A DNA stretch of 64,000 nt from contig CAVVUS010000044.1 in NCBI GenBank assembly GCA_963751345.1, forward strand, positions 32,001 to 96,000, read 5' to 3'. The notes beneath the pieces are model-generated. The model saw nothing but the letters and a program-made list of their open reading frames with translations. It did not search any database and had not been told where the DNA came from. The DNA comes from an uncultured Chloroflexia bacterium (GTDB lineage: Bacteria > Chloroflexota > Anaerolineae > B4-G1 > SLSP01). The position numbers were made by a program, and so were the translations under genes. Shown piece after piece: positions 62,085 through 64,000 of the stretch. How positions within the stretch are numbered: position 1 is the first letter of the stretch; every line of letters starts with the position of its first letter.

Positions 62085-63524
62085 ATGCCACCTAGATACG
62101 CAGCAGCAGTGAATTGCCCGTCCTGTGGAACGCGATTCCAGACGCCGGTAGAGCAGATTCTCGATGTTCGTGTGGATCCGTCGGCCAAGAATCGTGTGCT
62201 GAGCGGGACCGTCAATGTCGCTGTCTGTCCCTCGTGTGGCACGGGGGGAGCACTGAACCTGCCTTTCATCTATCATGATCCCGACAAGGAAGTTGCCCTT
62301 CTGTACCTTCCCGTCGACGCGGGTCCAAACGAGGTCGAGCGCCAGAGGGCCGCGGGTCGACTCACGCGACAGCTGATGGACGCAATGCCGCCGGAAGAGC
62401 GCAAGGGTTACCTGCTGCAACCGGAGACCTTCATCTCACTTGAGAGCTTGGCCAAACGACTGCTCGAGATCGAAGGGATCTCCGAAGAGGAAATGGCGCG
62501 CAGCGGACGGCAGCGAGAGTTCCTGGGGGAGCTGCTACAGGCCGAGGAGAGTGATTGGCCCGCTATGGTCGCCGAGAATGCATCGCTGGTGGATGAGGGG
62601 ATGTTTGCGTTCCTCGAATACGTGATGCAGCAATTTGCGTCTCCCGACAGGGAACCGGGTGCGGACACGGAGAAGTTGGATGCGCTTCACGAATACCTCG
62701 TGACGGAGACGGAGATGGGGCGACTGCTCTCCAGCCGGAGCGAGGTCGTGCGCCAGTTTGTCGAGGACCCTACGCGCGATTCGCTGCTGAACGCACTCAT
62801 CGCTTCCCCCGATGCAGAGACCGTGGATGTGTTGGTGCAGACCGGCATCTCTGTGATGGATTACGGATTCTTCCAGAAGCTCAACCAGCGCATCGAGGAG
62901 GCTGACTCCCCGGAGGCGAAGGCATCGCTCGTGCAGTTGCGCCGCTCTATCCTGGATATCCGGGATGAGATGATGAAGCAGAGCGAGGACGCTCTCCGCG
63001 AGCGCGCGGCGCTGCTGGCAAAGCTGGTGGACTCTGAGGATCCCCGGCGCATGGCGAGCAGCCATCTGTCTGAGCTGGACGACTTGTTCTTCACCGTGCT
63101 TGGCGCCGAGATCCAGGAGTCACAGCAGCACGGTGAGGCAGGTGTTACCAAGAGGCTCCAGGAGGTCGCACAAGCGGTGAATCAGGTGATGGAAAGCACC
63201 ATGCCACCTGAGATTGCCCTCACGCGAAGACTGATGGCCGCGCCTACGGATGAGCAGCTCGACGAGCAGTTGCGATCCGTGAAGGAACTACTGACGCCGG
63301 CCTTCCTGCAGTTCCTCGAGGCGCTGCGGGGCTCACTGGAGGAACAGGGCCAGAACGAGTCTGCGGAGCGTGTCGCGAAGATCAGGGCAAGGGCCGAACA
63401 GATCGCCCCTGCTGCAGCGGGCCAGGTACCTGCTGCCGGGGCGGTCACCGGGGAGCGCTCCCCTGCGCCCAGACGCGATTCGGAGGAGCGGACCCCATCG
63501 GGACTGATCATCGCCAAACATTAG
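62085..63524 (+). CDS. CpXC domain-containing protein
   Basis: CPSCG..CPSCG..PFIYHDP N-terminal domain plus long helical region. Confidence 0.85.
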   Translation: MPPRYAAAVNCPSCGTRFQTPVEQILDVRVDPSAKNRVLSGTVNVAVCPSCGTGGALNLPFIYHDPDKEVALLYLPVDAGPNEVERQRAAGRLTRQLMDAMPPEERKGYLLQPETFISLESLAKRLLEIEGISEEEMARSGRQREFLGELLQAEESDWPAMVAENASLVDEGMFAFLEYVMQQFASPDREPGADTEKLDALHEYLVTETEMGRLLSSRSEVVRQFVEDPTRDSLLNALIASPDAETVDVLVQTGISVMDYGFFQKLNQRIEEADSPEAKASLVQLRRSILDIRDEMMKQSEDALRERAALLAKLVDSEDPRRMASSHLSELDDLFFTVLGAEIQESQQHGEAGVTKRLQEVAQAVNQVMESTMPPEIALTRRLMAAPTDEQLDEQLRSVKELLTPAFLQFLEALRGSLEEQGQNESAERVAKIRARAEQIAPAAAGQVPAAGAVTGERSPAPRRDSEERTPSGLIIAKH

Positions 63525-63557
63525 GGCAACTGAGATGCCGCATTTCGATGCTAGAAT

Positions 63558-63585
63558 AGGGATGAGAGCCTGGGCTCTCATCCCT
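63558..63585 (+). terminator. Hairpin between the CpXC gene and polA, abutting an extended -10 (TGcTAGAAT)
   Basis: AGGGATGAGAGCC-TG-GGCTCTCATCCCT. Confidence 0.6.
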
Positions 63586-63619
63586 TGTCGTTTCTGGTTA
63601 GCCCGGACTGGAGCTTCAT

Positions 63620-64000
63620 ATGTCTCGTGAGAAACTGATACTTGTCGATGGACACTCGCTTGCCTACCGGGCGTTCCACGCGCTTCCGCCGGACCTTCAC
63701 GCCCCGTCCGGTGAGCTGACGAATGCCTCTTACGGTTTCACATTGATGCTGTTGTCGGTGTTGGAAGAGGAAACGCCCGACTATATCATCGTGGCCTTCG
63801 ACAAGGGTCCATCATTCCGCGTCCGTGAATACAATGCGTACAAGGCGCACCGTGCGAAGATGCCTGACGAGATGCGCGGGCAGATGGACCGGATCCGCCA
63901 GATCGTCGATGTTTTTGGCATTCCCACGGTCGAGCTCGAGGACTACGAGGCCGATGACCTGTTGGGAACGCTGTCGCGCCTGGCGGAGGAGGAGGGGCTC
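63620..64000 (+). CDS. polA: DNA polymerase I, 5'-3' exonuclease N-terminus (runs off window)
   Basis: MSREKLILVDGHSLAYRAFHALP..TNASYGF..AFD..FR..YKAHR..YEADDLLGTL. Confidence 0.93.
   Translation, partial: MSREKLILVDGHSLAYRAFHALPPDLHAPSGELTNASYGFTLMLLSVLEEETPDYIIVAFDKGPSFRVREYNAYKAHRAKMPDEMRGQMDRIRQIVDVFGIPTVELEDYEADDLLGTLSRLAEEEGL

Overview
GC-rich bacterial chromosomal segment. Gene content and protein styles (C-terminal 'YLPxV' tails, CpXC protein, DZR-cyclase-ATPase, C39+TPR) suggest Chloroflexota/Anaerolineae; this is inference. It carries mostly housekeeping and metabolic genes (folD, fhs, gltX, xylB, PPi-PFK, a stand-alone fusA, pdp, secG, ppdK, nagB/nagA, polA 5' end), envelope genes (murJ, LysM-M23, C39-TPR, htrA, mscL, GT-C) and signalling genes. 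About 15 single-base frameshifts break otherwise intact genes, most simply explained by an unpolished long-read assembly. I found no CRISPR array, tRNA, rRNA, integrase or transposase. The best signals are non-coding. (1) A complete ribosome-mediated attenuator in front of gltX: a leaderless 23-aa uORF with a QQREQQ cluster, an antiterminator and a terminator, i.e. a candidate Gln/Glu-tRNA sensor controlling a glutamyl-tRNA synthetase. (2) A second uORF plus four-segment attenuator before a GNAT acetyltransferase. (3) A tandem pair of promoter-bearing small RNAs with an anti-SD seed and a covarying hairpin. (4) A structured leader on fusA. Also notable are an orphan three-subunit Nuo/Mrp-like membrane module with a degenerate charged axis and two genes fused by internal deletion.
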